A DNA stretch of 51,780 bases from the sequence record SRR22947727_1356; one strand, written 5' to 3'. A program made the translations under genes and the position numbers. Shown here one piece after another: positions 39,476-49,685 of this stretch; the stretch's first letter is position 1; every line of letters starts with the position of its first letter. A model generated the notes under the pieces. The model was not told the DNA's origin, made no database searches, and worked only from the letters and a program-made list of their open reading frames with translations.

Positions 39476-40867
39476 TTACAAAGACGCTAAAAACTTGGAC
39501 ACTTCTTGTTGAAACACTGGCCATCCGGCATCTTGTTCCAAAATAAGATGGTTTGTTGAGTCAAGCGGCACAAAGCGGGCATTGGGCATTTTATCTGCCA
39601 TTATCTGAGATTGATCCATTGGTACGCGTTGATCGCCGCGGCTATGCATGATCAATGTTGGCAGGGTGATCTGGTCTAAGCGGTTGGTCACATCAATTTC
39701 GGCATTCACCCGAGAGATTGCGGCCGCATTTTCTGCGCTGGTGCTCAGTTGCATCAACCGATCAAACGCATCTTTTTCCGCCTGGTTCGAATTGGGAATC
39801 ATAGTGTTTGCAAAAAACTGCCGGAAGGCCGGGATATCAGAGTCCCACCCGGTTTGAATCATCTGAATTTCCAAGTCAGTTTGCGATGGGTTGGCGGATG
39901 GTCGCTTATTGGCGCCTTGCGCAAACCCGCCTAAGAAAATTAAACCTTTGACGCGCTCGGGATGGCGATATGCAAATTCAATCGCCGAGGCGCAGCCTTG
40001 CGAAACACCAAAGAGCACGCATTTTTCATCTTGAATGGTGTTTGAGACCGCCATGATATCATCCACAAACGCGTCAAATGATATTGTTTCCGGGTGGCGC
40101 TCTGACAGCCCATTACCGCGTTGATCAAAGCGCAGCAATTGATGCTCAGAAGAAAGGTTTTCGAAAATATGGCGCCATAACGGGCTGCGCCAATCAGCAT
40201 CCAGATGTGTTACAAAATTTGGCGATTTTAAAAGCACCGGGCCCCGCCCCAAACTGGCCATGGCAATTGCGCAGCCATCGGCACTTGTACAATAGCTGAT
40301 TTGCTGATCGAGCTGTTTTCCCAAAATTGCGCTGCGCGGATGGCTCGGATTAAAATCTGGCGCGCTCATAAAGCATGCAATTGGACGGTCTATATTTTTA
40401 AGCCGTTGAAGACCTTGGGCATCAAAGGCCAGTTGCGCCTGCGTTGACATTTTGCCGAGGCAGTGCTCAGAGGTGCAGATAGATCCCGGTTTTGAAATAC
40501 TTTCCAACCGCGAGGCGATATTGACGGAAGATCCGAAAACATCCCCTGCCAATTCTATAACTGGTCCATGATGCAGCCCAATCCGATACACGAAAACATC
40601 GCTGTTGGGATCTTCATCGCAGAAGGCTTTCACCCCGCTTAGCAGCGCTGTTGCAAAATCAAACCCGTCTTGAGCAGCCTCAAAAAGGCATAAAAACCCA
40701 TCCCCGGTGGTTTTAATCAAGCGTCCGTTATAGCGGGTTAAAAGCGGATGAAGCAGCCTAGTATGTAGGGTTTGTTGGCGGGTGATGACGCGGTGTTCAT
40801 CCCTCTCAACCAGCCGCGAGAAGCCAACAATATCCGAAAATAAAACGGTTTTTTCCTGCGTGTCCAT
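39476..40867 (-). CDS. Class III adenylate/guanylate cyclase fused to a C-terminal alpha/beta hydrolase
   Basis: Cyclase: FSDIVGF, KTTGDG, VNIASRLE. Hydrolase: FDQRGNG, GVSQG, HSRGD, NH. Confidence 0.85.
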   Translation of the reverse strand: MDTQEKTVLFSDIVGFSRLVERDEHRVITRQQTLHTRLLHPLLTRYNGRLIKTTGDGFLCLFEAAQDGFDFATALLSGVKAFCDEDPNSDVFVYRIGLHHGPVIELAGDVFGSSVNIASRLESISKPGSICTSEHCLGKMSTQAQLAFDAQGLQRLKNIDRPIACFMSAPDFNPSHPRSAILGKQLDQQISYCTSADGCAIAMASLGRGPVLLKSPNFVTHLDADWRSPLWRHIFENLSSEHQLLRFDQRGNGLSERHPETISFDAFVDDIMAVSNTIQDEKCVLFGVSQGCASAIEFAYRHPERVKGLIFLGGFAQGANKRPSANPSQTDLEIQMIQTGWDSDIPAFRQFFANTMIPNSNQAEKDAFDRLMQLSTSAENAAAISRVNAEIDVTNRLDQITLPTLIMHSRGDQRVPMDQSQIMADKMPNARFVPLDSTNHLILEQDAGWPVFQQEVSKFLASL

Positions 40868-40959
40868 ATTACCCTACAGAGTTATGTTATGGGGCAAGCG
40901 CTGGTGCATTTGGCTGTTTGTCACCAGCTTTTGCGGCATATGCCTGCTATCGTGAAAAT

Positions 40960-41937
40960 TTAGACAACATTTTCTTCCGGTTGCGGTTCTGAAAGTTCAT
41001 CAATGATCTTTTTAAGGGTTTCCAATTCTTCCAGATCCAGCGGATGTTTCGTAAGCTTTAGCTGAAAATTCTCACCTTCAAAATTCTTTGTTTCAGCGCG
41101 AGACGTATCACTAATATCAACTTCATAGGCGATCACACCGCGCTCTAACCCTTTCAATTCAAGCTGTTGGGGGGCGTCAAAGCTAAAATAGTCTTTCACT
41201 TGAAAATAGGTTTCCTCAGAGACCAATATTCCCGATGGCATCGCGGCGCTTTCCAAACGTGAGGCCAAATTAACTGCAGCGCCCACCACGGTATAATCAA
41301 GCCGGTCTTCACTGCCGAAATTGCCCACGGTGCAATATCCGGTATTGATCCCAACGCGGATTTCCAAATCTTTTTTTAAGCCAAAATGTTTGCTCCAATA
41401 ACCCCATAACTCGGCCATTCGTTGTTGCATTTCAACCGCCATCGCTACGCATCTTCGGGCATCTTCCTCAATTCCGAAGCTTTCCGGATCGCCAAAGAAA
41501 ATCATGATCGCATCACCGATATATTTATCAATTGTCGCGCCATGTTTCAGCGCGATCTGCGACATTTCGTTTAAATAAAAATTTAATAACGCGGTAAGCT
41601 CTTCGGATTCCAATTTGTCAGATATGGCTGTGAAATTTACAATATCAGAGAAAAACACAGTGATTTTTTTACGGTAGCTTTTTACCTCGACATTCTGCTT
41701 GCCGCTAAAGATCGATTCGTAAATTTGGGGCGAAAGATATTTTGCCAATTGCCCCGATACGTCTTCCATTTGCTGGGTTTTCGACTGCGCCTCAGCCTTT
41801 GCGTCTTCGGCAACCTTTTTTTGTTTTTCCAGCTGGGTTGCCAATGACTTACGCAAATTGGCTTCTAAGCGTAGGCGTGAAAGTTCCTTTTTCAGATCTT
41901 TCAATTCTGTTTCTTGGTCTTTGGGCGTTTCAGTCAC
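40960..41937 (-). CDS. Class III adenylate cyclase with N-terminal coiled coil
   Basis: FSDIVNF, DKYIGD, GNFGS..RLDYT, VNLASRLE; heptad-rich N-terminus. Confidence 0.9.
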   Translation of the reverse strand: MTETPKDQETELKDLKKELSRLRLEANLRKSLATQLEKQKKVAEDAKAEAQSKTQQMEDVSGQLAKYLSPQIYESIFSGKQNVEVKSYRKKITVFFSDIVNFTAISDKLESEELTALLNFYLNEMSQIALKHGATIDKYIGDAIMIFFGDPESFGIEEDARRCVAMAVEMQQRMAELWGYWSKHFGLKKDLEIRVGINTGYCTVGNFGSEDRLDYTVVGAAVNLASRLESAAMPSGILVSEETYFQVKDYFSFDAPQQLELKGLERGVIAYEVDISDTSRAETKNFEGENFQLKLTKHPLDLEELETLKKIIDELSEPQPEENVV

Positions 41938-42399
41938 AGATTCTTTCCTCGCACCAGGGTTTTAAATTGGGCCAAAGCTGGAATGGTTATATACATTGAT
42001 TTTGCGGCTTTACGGCTTTGGTTTCACAACAGTATTCAGCAAGTCGAAGGTTGTGACAACATTCTAATTGTTCGTTTTGACAAACAGACAAGAATATTGA
42101 TGAAAAGACGAAAATTAATCAGCCGTCACGGAATAATAATTCAATCACTTTACCGATATTTTGCCTGAGATCAGCGGGAATTGTTCGGCCTTAGAGAAAC
42201 CACGTTTCCCCGCTCTTGACTCTGAAAAAGTATTTTTAACAATTTAAACCAATTTTTTAAAAATCTTTTGCTGAGTTTTGGTTTTCTTTGATTGGATATG
42301 ACCCAAGGGAATTTGGTTTCCCCATAGACAGGTTAAAATAATCTTCGTTAATCTAGATCTTAAAACGTGGGTGACGTTTGTAATGCGAAAACAGGCGGA

Positions 42400-45159
42400 A
42401 TGAATAAGATGAATTCTTTAGAACAATCAGATTTGAACGCAGTTTTAATTGAAAGTTTGGACACTCTTCCAAGCGGCGTATGCGTTTGGACAGAAGATGA
42501 TCGCCTGGTTTTCGTAAATCGATTTTTCAACGAACTTCAAAAAGAGGTTGGGGTGTCTCTCGAACCGGGCATCTCACGCTTAGAAGTTGTGCAACAAAAT
42601 ATTGATTGTGGATTTTTAAAGTTACCTCCCGATTTAGATATTGAGGCCTATCTGCGGCAGAGTAAGGCCGATATGTATGCCCAAGATGGGGGCTCGCGGA
42701 TCGAGCTGCCCCTGCGCGATGGCGGGGTACTGCTTTTGACCAATAAGCCTTTGAGCTCGGGCAATTACCTGCAGCTCTATACCGATATCACCACGCTTAA
42801 AAAGCATGAGGCCGAGCTAGAAGATAAAGAGCGGCGTTATGTTGGGGTAACGCATGCGCTGAATGCATTTGTCTTCGAGTGGAATATTGAAAATGGCCAG
42901 ACCAGCTTTTCAATCCCCGAAGGCGTTGGGCCGGCAGCTGAAAAAAATATGAGCAGGCTGCAAATGGATCGTTTGGATGCTGTGTTTGAAGAAGATCGTG
43001 CGGCGTATAAATCCGCGATGATCGCGCATTTTAAAAAGCAAACCCCGCTATTTTCATGCGATCACCGAATCCGATCGGATACAGGCCAATTGAATTGGTA
43101 CCGCACACGCGGCAAAGCCCTTTGGAATGAACAGGGGCGTGCGGTCAAATTCTATGGGTTGGTTGAAAATATCGATGATCAAAAGAAAATACAGCTGCGC
43201 ATGGCAAATATCGAAAAACGCTCGCAGGATGTGTTGAACAGTATTTCAGCCGGGATTATGGTCTGGGATGCCAAGGATCATCTGGTCTGGGTGAATAAGT
43301 TTTTTGATCGCTTCGGCGTGCCGCTTGAACCAGGGCAACCCTATATTAACGAAACTGGAAAGCTTGTTGATGGGGGCATTTTTTCTTTAGATGAAGGGGT
43401 TGATAAGCAAGAATTCTTAAAAGACCGAGTGGCGCAACGCCAGGCGTTGACCGGAACGGCTATAAATTTGCTGCCAAGGATGGCAGATGGGTCGCATCTT
43501 CAAATCACCAGTAAACGCCTCGAAGATGGCGGCATGGTGCAAGTGTTTGTAGATGTGAGTGATTTGACCAACCGTGAAGAAGAGCTGAATAATTTGGTGG
43601 AAGAGCTCAACACAGCCAAACAAGCGGCGGATGCGGCCAACCAAACGAAAAGTCAGTTTTTGGCCAATATGAGCCATGAATTGCGCACTCCATTAAACGC
43701 CATTATTGGCCTTACTGAAATGTTGAAGGAAGATTGTGTTGATGATGGTTTGGAGGATTTTATCGAGCCGCTTGACCGTGTCTTTAGCGCCGGCAAGCAT
43801 TTGCTGACGCTGATCAATGATGTTCTAGACCTATCAAAAATTGAGGCGGGCAAAGTCGAGTTATATAATGAAACATTCGAATTAGAGCCTTTGCTGCATG
43901 GCGTGATTCAAACCACCCAAACGCTGGTCGAGCAAAATAATAATGAAATTGCTTTAACTTTCTTGGAGTCGATCGATGAGGTGACAAATGATCAAACGCG
44001 GATAAAGCAGATTTTTCTGAATTTGATTTCCAACGCCACCAAATTTACCGAAAATGGCCAAATATCTTTGACCGTCAGCCGGCAATCCACGCCGCAAGGC
44101 GATTTGGTCAAAGTGGATGTTGCCGATACTGGTATTGGCATGGATGAAGAACAGGTGGGCCGTTTGTTCAATGCTTTTGTACAAGCCGACAGTTCGACCA
44201 CCCGCAAATATGGCGGAACCGGCTTGGGGCTCACCATTTCAAAGCAGCTTGCGCAGCTGATGGGGGGTGATGTCAGCGTGCAGAGCGAAAAGGGCACAGG
44301 CACGGTATTCACCGCAAGTTTCGCGTTGAACAATGCCGGGCATATGCATACCGAAAACGCCAGCGCTGAACCTTTGATAACGCGGGTGATCCCCGGCGGT
44401 GAACCAACGGGTAAGAAAGTGCTTATCATCGATGATGATCCAACGATCAGTGCGTTGATGCAGCGGCAACTAGTCAAAAACGGGTATGCGGTGCTTATCG
44501 CCAGATCGGGCAAGGAAGGCCTGTCTTTGGCCAAAATCCACCAGCCCGATGTGATCACCTTGGATATTTTGATGCCAGAGATTGACGGATGGTCAACGCT
44601 TCGAGCGTTGAAGGCCGATCCCGAAAGTCGTCATATCCCAGTGATTATGGCGTCAATTTTGGATGAAAAAAACAAAGGTTTTGCCTTGGGTGCGGCAGAT
44701 TTTCTATCCAAGCCGATCGAGCGGGATTATCTTATTTCTTCGGTGCAACGGCTTATCGGCCAGAAAAAAGCCGCAACCATCTGCGTGATCGAAGATGATC
44801 AAGACCTGCGCTTTACCGTGAAAGAAATCCTAGAAAAAACCGGCGCGACAGTGCTTGAAGCGGGCCATGGGAAACAGGCATTTTCTGTCTTGGAAAACCA
44901 CAATGAACTGCCCGATTTGATTTTGCTTGATCTGTTGATGCCCGTGATGAACGGGTTTGAGTTTCTGCAAAAGCTGCAGGCAACCAAGTTTAAATCAACT
45001 CCGGTTTTGGTGTTAACGGGTGCCGATCTAAGTTCTGAAGAGCGCAAAATTTTATCGCAGGAAACCTTGCGCGTGATTGAAAAAAATACCGAAAGCGTGG
45101 CGCTTATTGCCAATGACATCGCGCAAGCGATCGAAACAATCAGCGGGGCGGTGCGCTGA
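42400..45159 (+). CDS. Cytoplasmic PAS-domain hybrid histidine kinase with two receiver domains
   Basis: Three PAS-like domains; H-box FLANMSHELRTPLN; N box NLISNATKF; DTGIG, GGTGLGL; REC domains IIDDD/TLDILMP and VIEDD/LLDLLMP; no TM segment. Start 42367, 42400 or 42409. Confidence 0.9.
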   Translation: MNKMNSLEQSDLNAVLIESLDTLPSGVCVWTEDDRLVFVNRFFNELQKEVGVSLEPGISRLEVVQQNIDCGFLKLPPDLDIEAYLRQSKADMYAQDGGSRIELPLRDGGVLLLTNKPLSSGNYLQLYTDITTLKKHEAELEDKERRYVGVTHALNAFVFEWNIENGQTSFSIPEGVGPAAEKNMSRLQMDRLDAVFEEDRAAYKSAMIAHFKKQTPLFSCDHRIRSDTGQLNWYRTRGKALWNEQGRAVKFYGLVENIDDQKKIQLRMANIEKRSQDVLNSISAGIMVWDAKDHLVWVNKFFDRFGVPLEPGQPYINETGKLVDGGIFSLDEGVDKQEFLKDRVAQRQALTGTAINLLPRMADGSHLQITSKRLEDGGMVQVFVDVSDLTNREEELNNLVEELNTAKQAADAANQTKSQFLANMSHELRTPLNAIIGLTEMLKEDCVDDGLEDFIEPLDRVFSAGKHLLTLINDVLDLSKIEAGKVELYNETFELEPLLHGVIQTTQTLVEQNNNEIALTFLESIDEVTNDQTRIKQIFLNLISNATKFTENGQISLTVSRQSTPQGDLVKVDVADTGIGMDEEQVGRLFNAFVQADSSTTRKYGGTGLGLTISKQLAQLMGGDVSVQSEKGTGTVFTASFALNNAGHMHTENASAEPLITRVIPGGEPTGKKVLIIDDDPTISALMQRQLVKNGYAVLIARSGKEGLSLAKIHQPDVITLDILMPEIDGWSTLRALKADPESRHIPVIMASILDEKNKGFALGAADFLSKPIERDYLISSVQRLIGQKKAATICVIEDDQDLRFTVKEILEKTGATVLEAGHGKQAFSVLENHNELPDLILLDLLMPVMNGFEFLQKLQATKFKSTPVLVLTGADLSSEERKILSQETLRVIEKNTESVALIANDIAQAIETISGAVR

Positions 45160-45524
45160 TGGTGAAAATATTATATATCGAGGATAATGAAGATAACGTT
45201 TATATGCTGAAGCGGCGCTTAACGCGCAAAGGCTTTGACATGGTGATCGCGGGTGATGGGCTTGCCGGGGTGGCTATGGCGCATAGTGAATCCCCCGATT
45301 TAATTCTTATGGATTTGAGTTTGCCCAAAATGGATGGGTGGGCTGCAACGCGGGCGATCAAGGCAGATCCCGCCACGCAAGGGATTCCCGTCATTGCTTT
45401 ATCCGCGCATGCGATGGAAGAGCATAAGCAAAGCGCCCTGCAGGCAGGTTGTGATGATTATGATACAAAGCCGGTGGACCTGCCCCGATTGCTGGCCAAA
45501 ATTAACGCAGCATTGGGGCGGTGA
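45159..45524 (+). CDS. Single-domain response regulator (DivK/CheY-like)
   Basis: YIEDN, LMDLSLP, SAHAM, KP; TGATG-coupled to the kinase. Confidence 0.9.
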   Translation: MVKILYIEDNEDNVYMLKRRLTRKGFDMVIAGDGLAGVAMAHSESPDLILMDLSLPKMDGWAATRAIKADPATQGIPVIALSAHAMEEHKQSALQAGCDDYDTKPVDLPRLLAKINAALGR

Positions 45525-45525
45525 A

Positions 45526-46569
45526 ATGACTAATAAAGAACAGGCAAAGATCCTTGTTGTCGATGATATTGAAGCAAATCGCTTCACTTTAGAGCGCCGG
45601 TTGAAGCGCGATGGATATGCCAATGTTTCTTTAGCCGATTGTGGCAAAGCCGCGCTAAGCTCTGTTGAAAACGCTGAATTTGATTTGGTGCTTTTGGACC
45701 TTATGATGCCTGATATGAGCGGTCTTGAGGTGCTTAAAATCTTAAAGTCTGATCCACGTTATCGCAAAATACCAGTTGTTATGGTCACTGCCTCTGATGA
45801 GGTTGAGACGGCGGCTGAGTGTATTTTAAGCGGGGCTGATGATTTCATTACCAAGCCGTTTAACGCCACATTGCTGAAGGCGCGGGTTGGCGCCTGCCTT
45901 GAAAAGAAGCGTTTGCAAGATAGCGAAGATCTGTATCTTAGCCGAGTGGAAAGCGACAAGCAGCGCTCTCAAGAGGTATTGAAAACAGTGCTGCCCAACG
46001 ATGTCGCCGTAGAGCTTCAATCCACTGGGCGCGTGCATTCTCGGCGCTATGATGACGTTGCTATTTTGATCTGTGATCTGGTGGGGTTTACCGCGTTTTG
46101 TGAGCAGAATGATCCTGAAATTGTGGTTAAAACTTTGCAAACGCTGGTGGAAGCGTTTGAACAGGTGTTCGCCAAATTCGGTTTAGATAAGGTGAAAACG
46201 GTGGGCGATGCGATCGTTGCCGTGGGCGGCTTAGCGCGGCCAACACCCGAAGCGGTGAAATCCTGCGTCTCTGCCAGCTTGATGCTGCGCGATATTGCCA
46301 ATGCGTTTGAGCCTTCTTTTGGGTTACATGTGGGCATCCATAGCGGCTCATTGGTTGCTGGCACCGTGGGCAAATCAACCATCCAATTTGATATTTTGGG
46401 CAAAGATGTGAATATCGCCTTCAATATTTGTGATTTGTCCGAGAGCGATCAGATTTTATTGTCAAGCGATGCATGGATGCATGTGCGCAATGAGGTGGTG
46501 GCAAAATCTGCAGGTTTGGCGCGGTTGAAAAGTGGCCAAGATATCGAACTTTTTGAGTGCGGCGTGTAA
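45526..46569 (+). CDS. Receiver domain + class III cyclase domain protein
   Basis: REC: VVDD, LLDLMMP, KP. Cyclase: CDLVGF, KTVGD, GIHSG, VNIAFN (Arg missing). ATG 45526. Confidence 0.85.
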   Translation: MTNKEQAKILVVDDIEANRFTLERRLKRDGYANVSLADCGKAALSSVENAEFDLVLLDLMMPDMSGLEVLKILKSDPRYRKIPVVMVTASDEVETAAECILSGADDFITKPFNATLLKARVGACLEKKRLQDSEDLYLSRVESDKQRSQEVLKTVLPNDVAVELQSTGRVHSRRYDDVAILICDLVGFTAFCEQNDPEIVVKTLQTLVEAFEQVFAKFGLDKVKTVGDAIVAVGGLARPTPEAVKSCVSASLMLRDIANAFEPSFGLHVGIHSGSLVAGTVGKSTIQFDILGKDVNIAFNICDLSESDQILLSSDAWMHVRNEVVAKSAGLARLKSGQDIELFECGV

Positions 46570-46573
46570 AAGC

Positions 46574-47146
46574 TTACCGCCAGGTAACGCTCTGCTCAAG
46601 ATTGGGCCGTGGGCGCTCTGGAGGTGTTTTAGTTTCGGTACCTAAATAAATCAAACCAGCCACGCGCTCATGGGTGCTTAATCCAAGGCCATTTTCTACA
46701 AAGCTGCGATTGTGGCTGGCCCATCCCGACAGCCAATTCGCACCCCAACCGGCGGCAAGGGCGGCATTCAGCAAAGCGAGGCAGACTGCGCCGGCCGAAT
46801 AGGTTTGTTCAATTGTGGGAATTTTCTCTGATGGTTTTTGAACCTCGATCACGGCCACTGCCACATGGCCTTGGTCAAAAGGTTGGCGGGCTTTTTCAAC
46901 TGCAGAGGCGTCTAATTGCGCCTCGAGCGCGCAAGCTTCGGCAATGCCGGCCAATTCATCCAAACTGTCTGACGTTAAAACGATCAGGCGCCAAGGTTCT
47001 AATTTACCATGGTCGGGCGTGCGCAGCGCTGCCGTTAAAATATCACGCAATTGTTCTTGATCTGGCGCGGGGAGGCTTAAGGTTTTTGCTGGCCTTGAGC
47101 GTCGCGTTAATAAGAAATCTAAAGCGGCTTGGTTGCGTTTGGGCAT
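46574..47146 (-). CDS. Nitroreductase family protein (YdjA-like)
   Basis: TRRS, PDHGKLEPWR, GWGANWLSGW. Confidence 0.9.
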   Translation of the reverse strand: MPKRNQAALDFLLTRRSRPAKTLSLPAPDQEQLRDILTAALRTPDHGKLEPWRLIVLTSDSLDELAGIAEACALEAQLDASAVEKARQPFDQGHVAVAVIEVQKPSEKIPTIEQTYSAGAVCLALLNAALAAGWGANWLSGWASHNRSFVENGLGLSTHERVAGLIYLGTETKTPPERPRPNLEQSVTWR

Positions 47147-47222
47147 TTACTCGTGATCCATTTTAAAGGCGCCATGGGCCCCTATTTATTTGAAATTAGG
47201 GCGTTTGCGCGATCTATTGGGT

Positions 47223-48200
47223 TTAATAATCAGACAGCGCGATCCGATCCATGATTTTAACAAGCTCGACGCTGATGCCAGGTTCCGACATCGCGTGGCC
47301 TGCGTTTTTGATCATTTTTAAATCGCATTTGGGCCAAACTTTGGACAGCTCGATCGCAGTTTTGGGCGGGCAAATCATATCATATCTGCCTTGCACGATC
47401 CACCCGGGGATATGGGCGATCCGCTCCATGGCGTTTAAGATTTGTCCGTCATGGTCCAAGAACCCGTTATTGATGAAATAATGGTTCTCTAATCTTGCGA
47501 AGGTGCGCGCGTAATCGCTTGGTGCTTCACCTCCACGGCCATCCGAATACACCGAGGCCAATGCGGTTTCCCAAGCTGACCATATCCGGCCAAACTGTAT
47601 TTCAACGCGCAGATCTCCGCTGAACAAACGGCGGTGAAAGGCTGCAATCAAATCATCTCGTTCGTCTTCCGGGATTTTTTCTATAAATTTTTCCCAGGCG
47701 TCGGGCCAAAACTGGCTGGCCCCGCCGCCATAAAACCACGCCAATTCATTCTGAGTCATTGTGAATACGCCGCGCAGAATGAGATGGCTCACCCGTTCTG
47801 GATGGGTTTGAGCATAGATCAACGCCAATGTGGCGCCCCAACTGCCTCCGAATAAAGCCCATTTTTCAAGACCCAGTCGCTGCCGCATCGCTTCCATATC
47901 TTGCACCAGATGCCAGGTGGTATTGTTGGTCACGCTGGCCTGCGGCTTGCTGCGCCCGCAACCGCGCTGATCAAAAAGGATAATATGGTATTGTTCTGGA
48001 TTGAAATAGCGCCGCATGATCGGGCTACAGCCTCCGCCGGGCCCGCCATGAACAACCACAACCGGGCGCCCCTGTGGGTTTCCACATTGCTCGATATAAA
48101 TGTGGTGACCATCCCCCGTATCGATAATCTCTGCAGAAAATGGATCGACGGTAGGATATAAATGCTGATATGCGCGTTTTTGATCTGAGAATTTATCCAT
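47223..48200 (-). CDS. pip: Proline iminopeptidase
   Basis: [31 protein letters not shown]. Confidence 0.95.
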   Translation of the reverse strand: MDKFSDQKRAYQHLYPTVDPFSAEIIDTGDGHHIYIEQCGNPQGRPVVVVHGGPGGGCSPIMRRYFNPEQYHIILFDQRGCGRSKPQASVTNNTTWHLVQDMEAMRQRLGLEKWALFGGSWGATLALIYAQTHPERVSHLILRGVFTMTQNELAWFYGGGASQFWPDAWEKFIEKIPEDERDDLIAAFHRRLFSGDLRVEIQFGRIWSAWETALASVYSDGRGGEAPSDYARTFARLENHYFINNGFLDHDGQILNAMERIAHIPGWIVQGRYDMICPPKTAIELSKVWPKCDLKMIKNAGHAMSEPGISVELVKIMDRIALSDY

Positions 48201-48249
48201 GAACGCACTATATGTGATTTACAGAGCAAAAGACCAGACGGAGAACCCT

Positions 48250-48993
48250 ATGAGCGGCGCAGAATTTACCGTAGATGCTAAAGAGATTGCCAAATTTGAG
48301 GCGATGGCCGCAGAGTGGTGGGACCCCAATGGTAAGTTTAAACCGCTTCACATGCTTAACCCTTGCCGATTGGATTATATCATTGCGCAGATAGCGTCAG
48401 AATTTGACCGCGATCTTGCGCAAGACAACCCCTTTGAGGGATTGCGCATTCTGGATATAGGATGCGGGGGTGGTTTGCTCTGCGAGCCGATGGTTAGATT
48501 GGGCGCAACGGTCACCGGGGTGGATGCAGCAGCGCGCAATATTCCTGTGGCGCAAGCCCATGCCGATCAATCAAACCTGCAGATCGAGTATATCGCTGGC
48601 ACGGCCGAAAGCCTTGTGGAACAGGGCCGCGAGTTTGATGCGGTATTAAATATGGAGGTGGTCGAGCATGTCGCCGATCCGCAAGGATATTTAAAAGCCT
48701 GCCAAGAGCTTCTGAGACCGGGGGGGCTGATGGTGTGCTCTACGATCAACCGCAACGCCAAAAGTTTTGCCATGGCGATTGTGGGTGCGGAATATGTGAT
48801 GCTATGGTTGCCCAAAGGCACGCATGAATGGTCAAAATTTATCACCCCGGATGAATTGTCTGGTTTTATCGAAGCTGCGGGCCTTTCGGTTGTGGATCGC
48901 AAAGGCTTTGTTTTCAATCCGCTTAGCTGGCAATGGCGATTGTCTGACCGGGATCTCAGCGTGAATTACGTGACCGCCAGCGTAAAGCCCTAA
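48250..48993 (+). CDS. ubiG: Ubiquinone biosynthesis O-methyltransferase
   Basis: [36 protein letters not shown] 48250. Confidence 0.95.
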   Translation: MSGAEFTVDAKEIAKFEAMAAEWWDPNGKFKPLHMLNPCRLDYIIAQIASEFDRDLAQDNPFEGLRILDIGCGGGLLCEPMVRLGATVTGVDAAARNIPVAQAHADQSNLQIEYIAGTAESLVEQGREFDAVLNMEVVEHVADPQGYLKACQELLRPGGLMVCSTINRNAKSFAMAIVGAEYVMLWLPKGTHEWSKFITPDELSGFIEAAGLSVVDRKGFVFNPLSWQWRLSDRDLSVNYVTASVKP

Positions 48994-49685
48994 TCCGGAT
49001 TCAGCATATAGCCTTCGCCGCGAACTGTTTGCAGATAGCGGGGTTGTTTTGAATCCGGCTCAATTTTTCGGCGCAACCGGGTGATTTGAACATCGATTGC
49101 GCGGTCTTGGCCTTGGCTTTGATCGCGCCCTAGTTCGCTCATCAGATCCTCGCGGCGGATGGGCCTGCCCGCGCTTTGCGCCAAAATGCCCATTAACGCG
49201 CTTTCAGTGGCGGTCAGGCGGATTTGCTCATCGGCTTTCCAAAGCTCTTTGCGCTGCATGTCATATCTGATCTGCCCAAGCGTAATTATTTTAGGCCCCG
49301 CGCCTTGATCCAGATCGGTTGGAACGCGGCGTAAAATTGCATATAGGCGCAACAGCAATTCTTTGGGCTCGAAAGGTTTTGAAAGATAATCATCAGCACC
49401 TGCCTCAAGGCCGCCAATGCGATCCTCGATCTCGCCTTTCGCGGTTAACAGCAAAATTGGTGTGTCAATTTTGCGGCGAAGATCTTTGGTCAGCGAAATC
49501 CCATCCTGACCGGGCATCATCACGTCACAGATGATCAAATCAAAGGCAAGCCCCCCCAGCAAGTTGCGGGCATGGTGGCTATCATCGGCGGTGGTCACAT
49601 TGAAATCATTGCGCAGCAAATATTTCTTGAGCAGATCGCGAATGCGCTCATCATCATCAATGATCAAAATATGTGGAATCAACAT
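48990..49685 (-). CDS. petR: OmpR-family response regulator (PetR-like)
   Basis: REC domain plus [24 protein letters not shown]; follows the MarR gene, near petA. Confidence 0.8.
   Translation of the reverse strand: MLIPHILIIDDDERIRDLLKKYLLRNDFNVTTADDSHHARNLLGGLAFDLIICDVMMPGQDGISLTKDLRRKIDTPILLLTAKGEIEDRIGGLEAGADDYLSKPFEPKELLLRLYAILRRVPTDLDQGAGPKIITLGQIRYDMQRKELWKADEQIRLTATESALMGILAQSAGRPIRREDLMSELGRDQSQGQDRAIDVQITRLRRKIEPDSKQPRYLQTVRGEGYMLNPD

Noticed and set aside
41938-42399. CtrA boxes (TTAA-N7-TTAA) upstream of the hybrid kinase/DivK-like operon
   Set aside because: The TTAA pairs I checked are spaced N4, N8 or N9, not N7, in generally AT-rich DNA.
45159-45524. Calling the single-domain regulator divK
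   Set aside because: Similar, but the context is a hybrid kinase and cyclase rather than pleD; orthology cannot be shown without a phylogeny.
39476-46569. Cyclase cluster as a Pycsar/CBASS anti-phage system
   Set aside because: No cNMP-binding TIR or TM effector is adjacent; the cyclases carry ATP-type specificity residues and sit with two-component genes.
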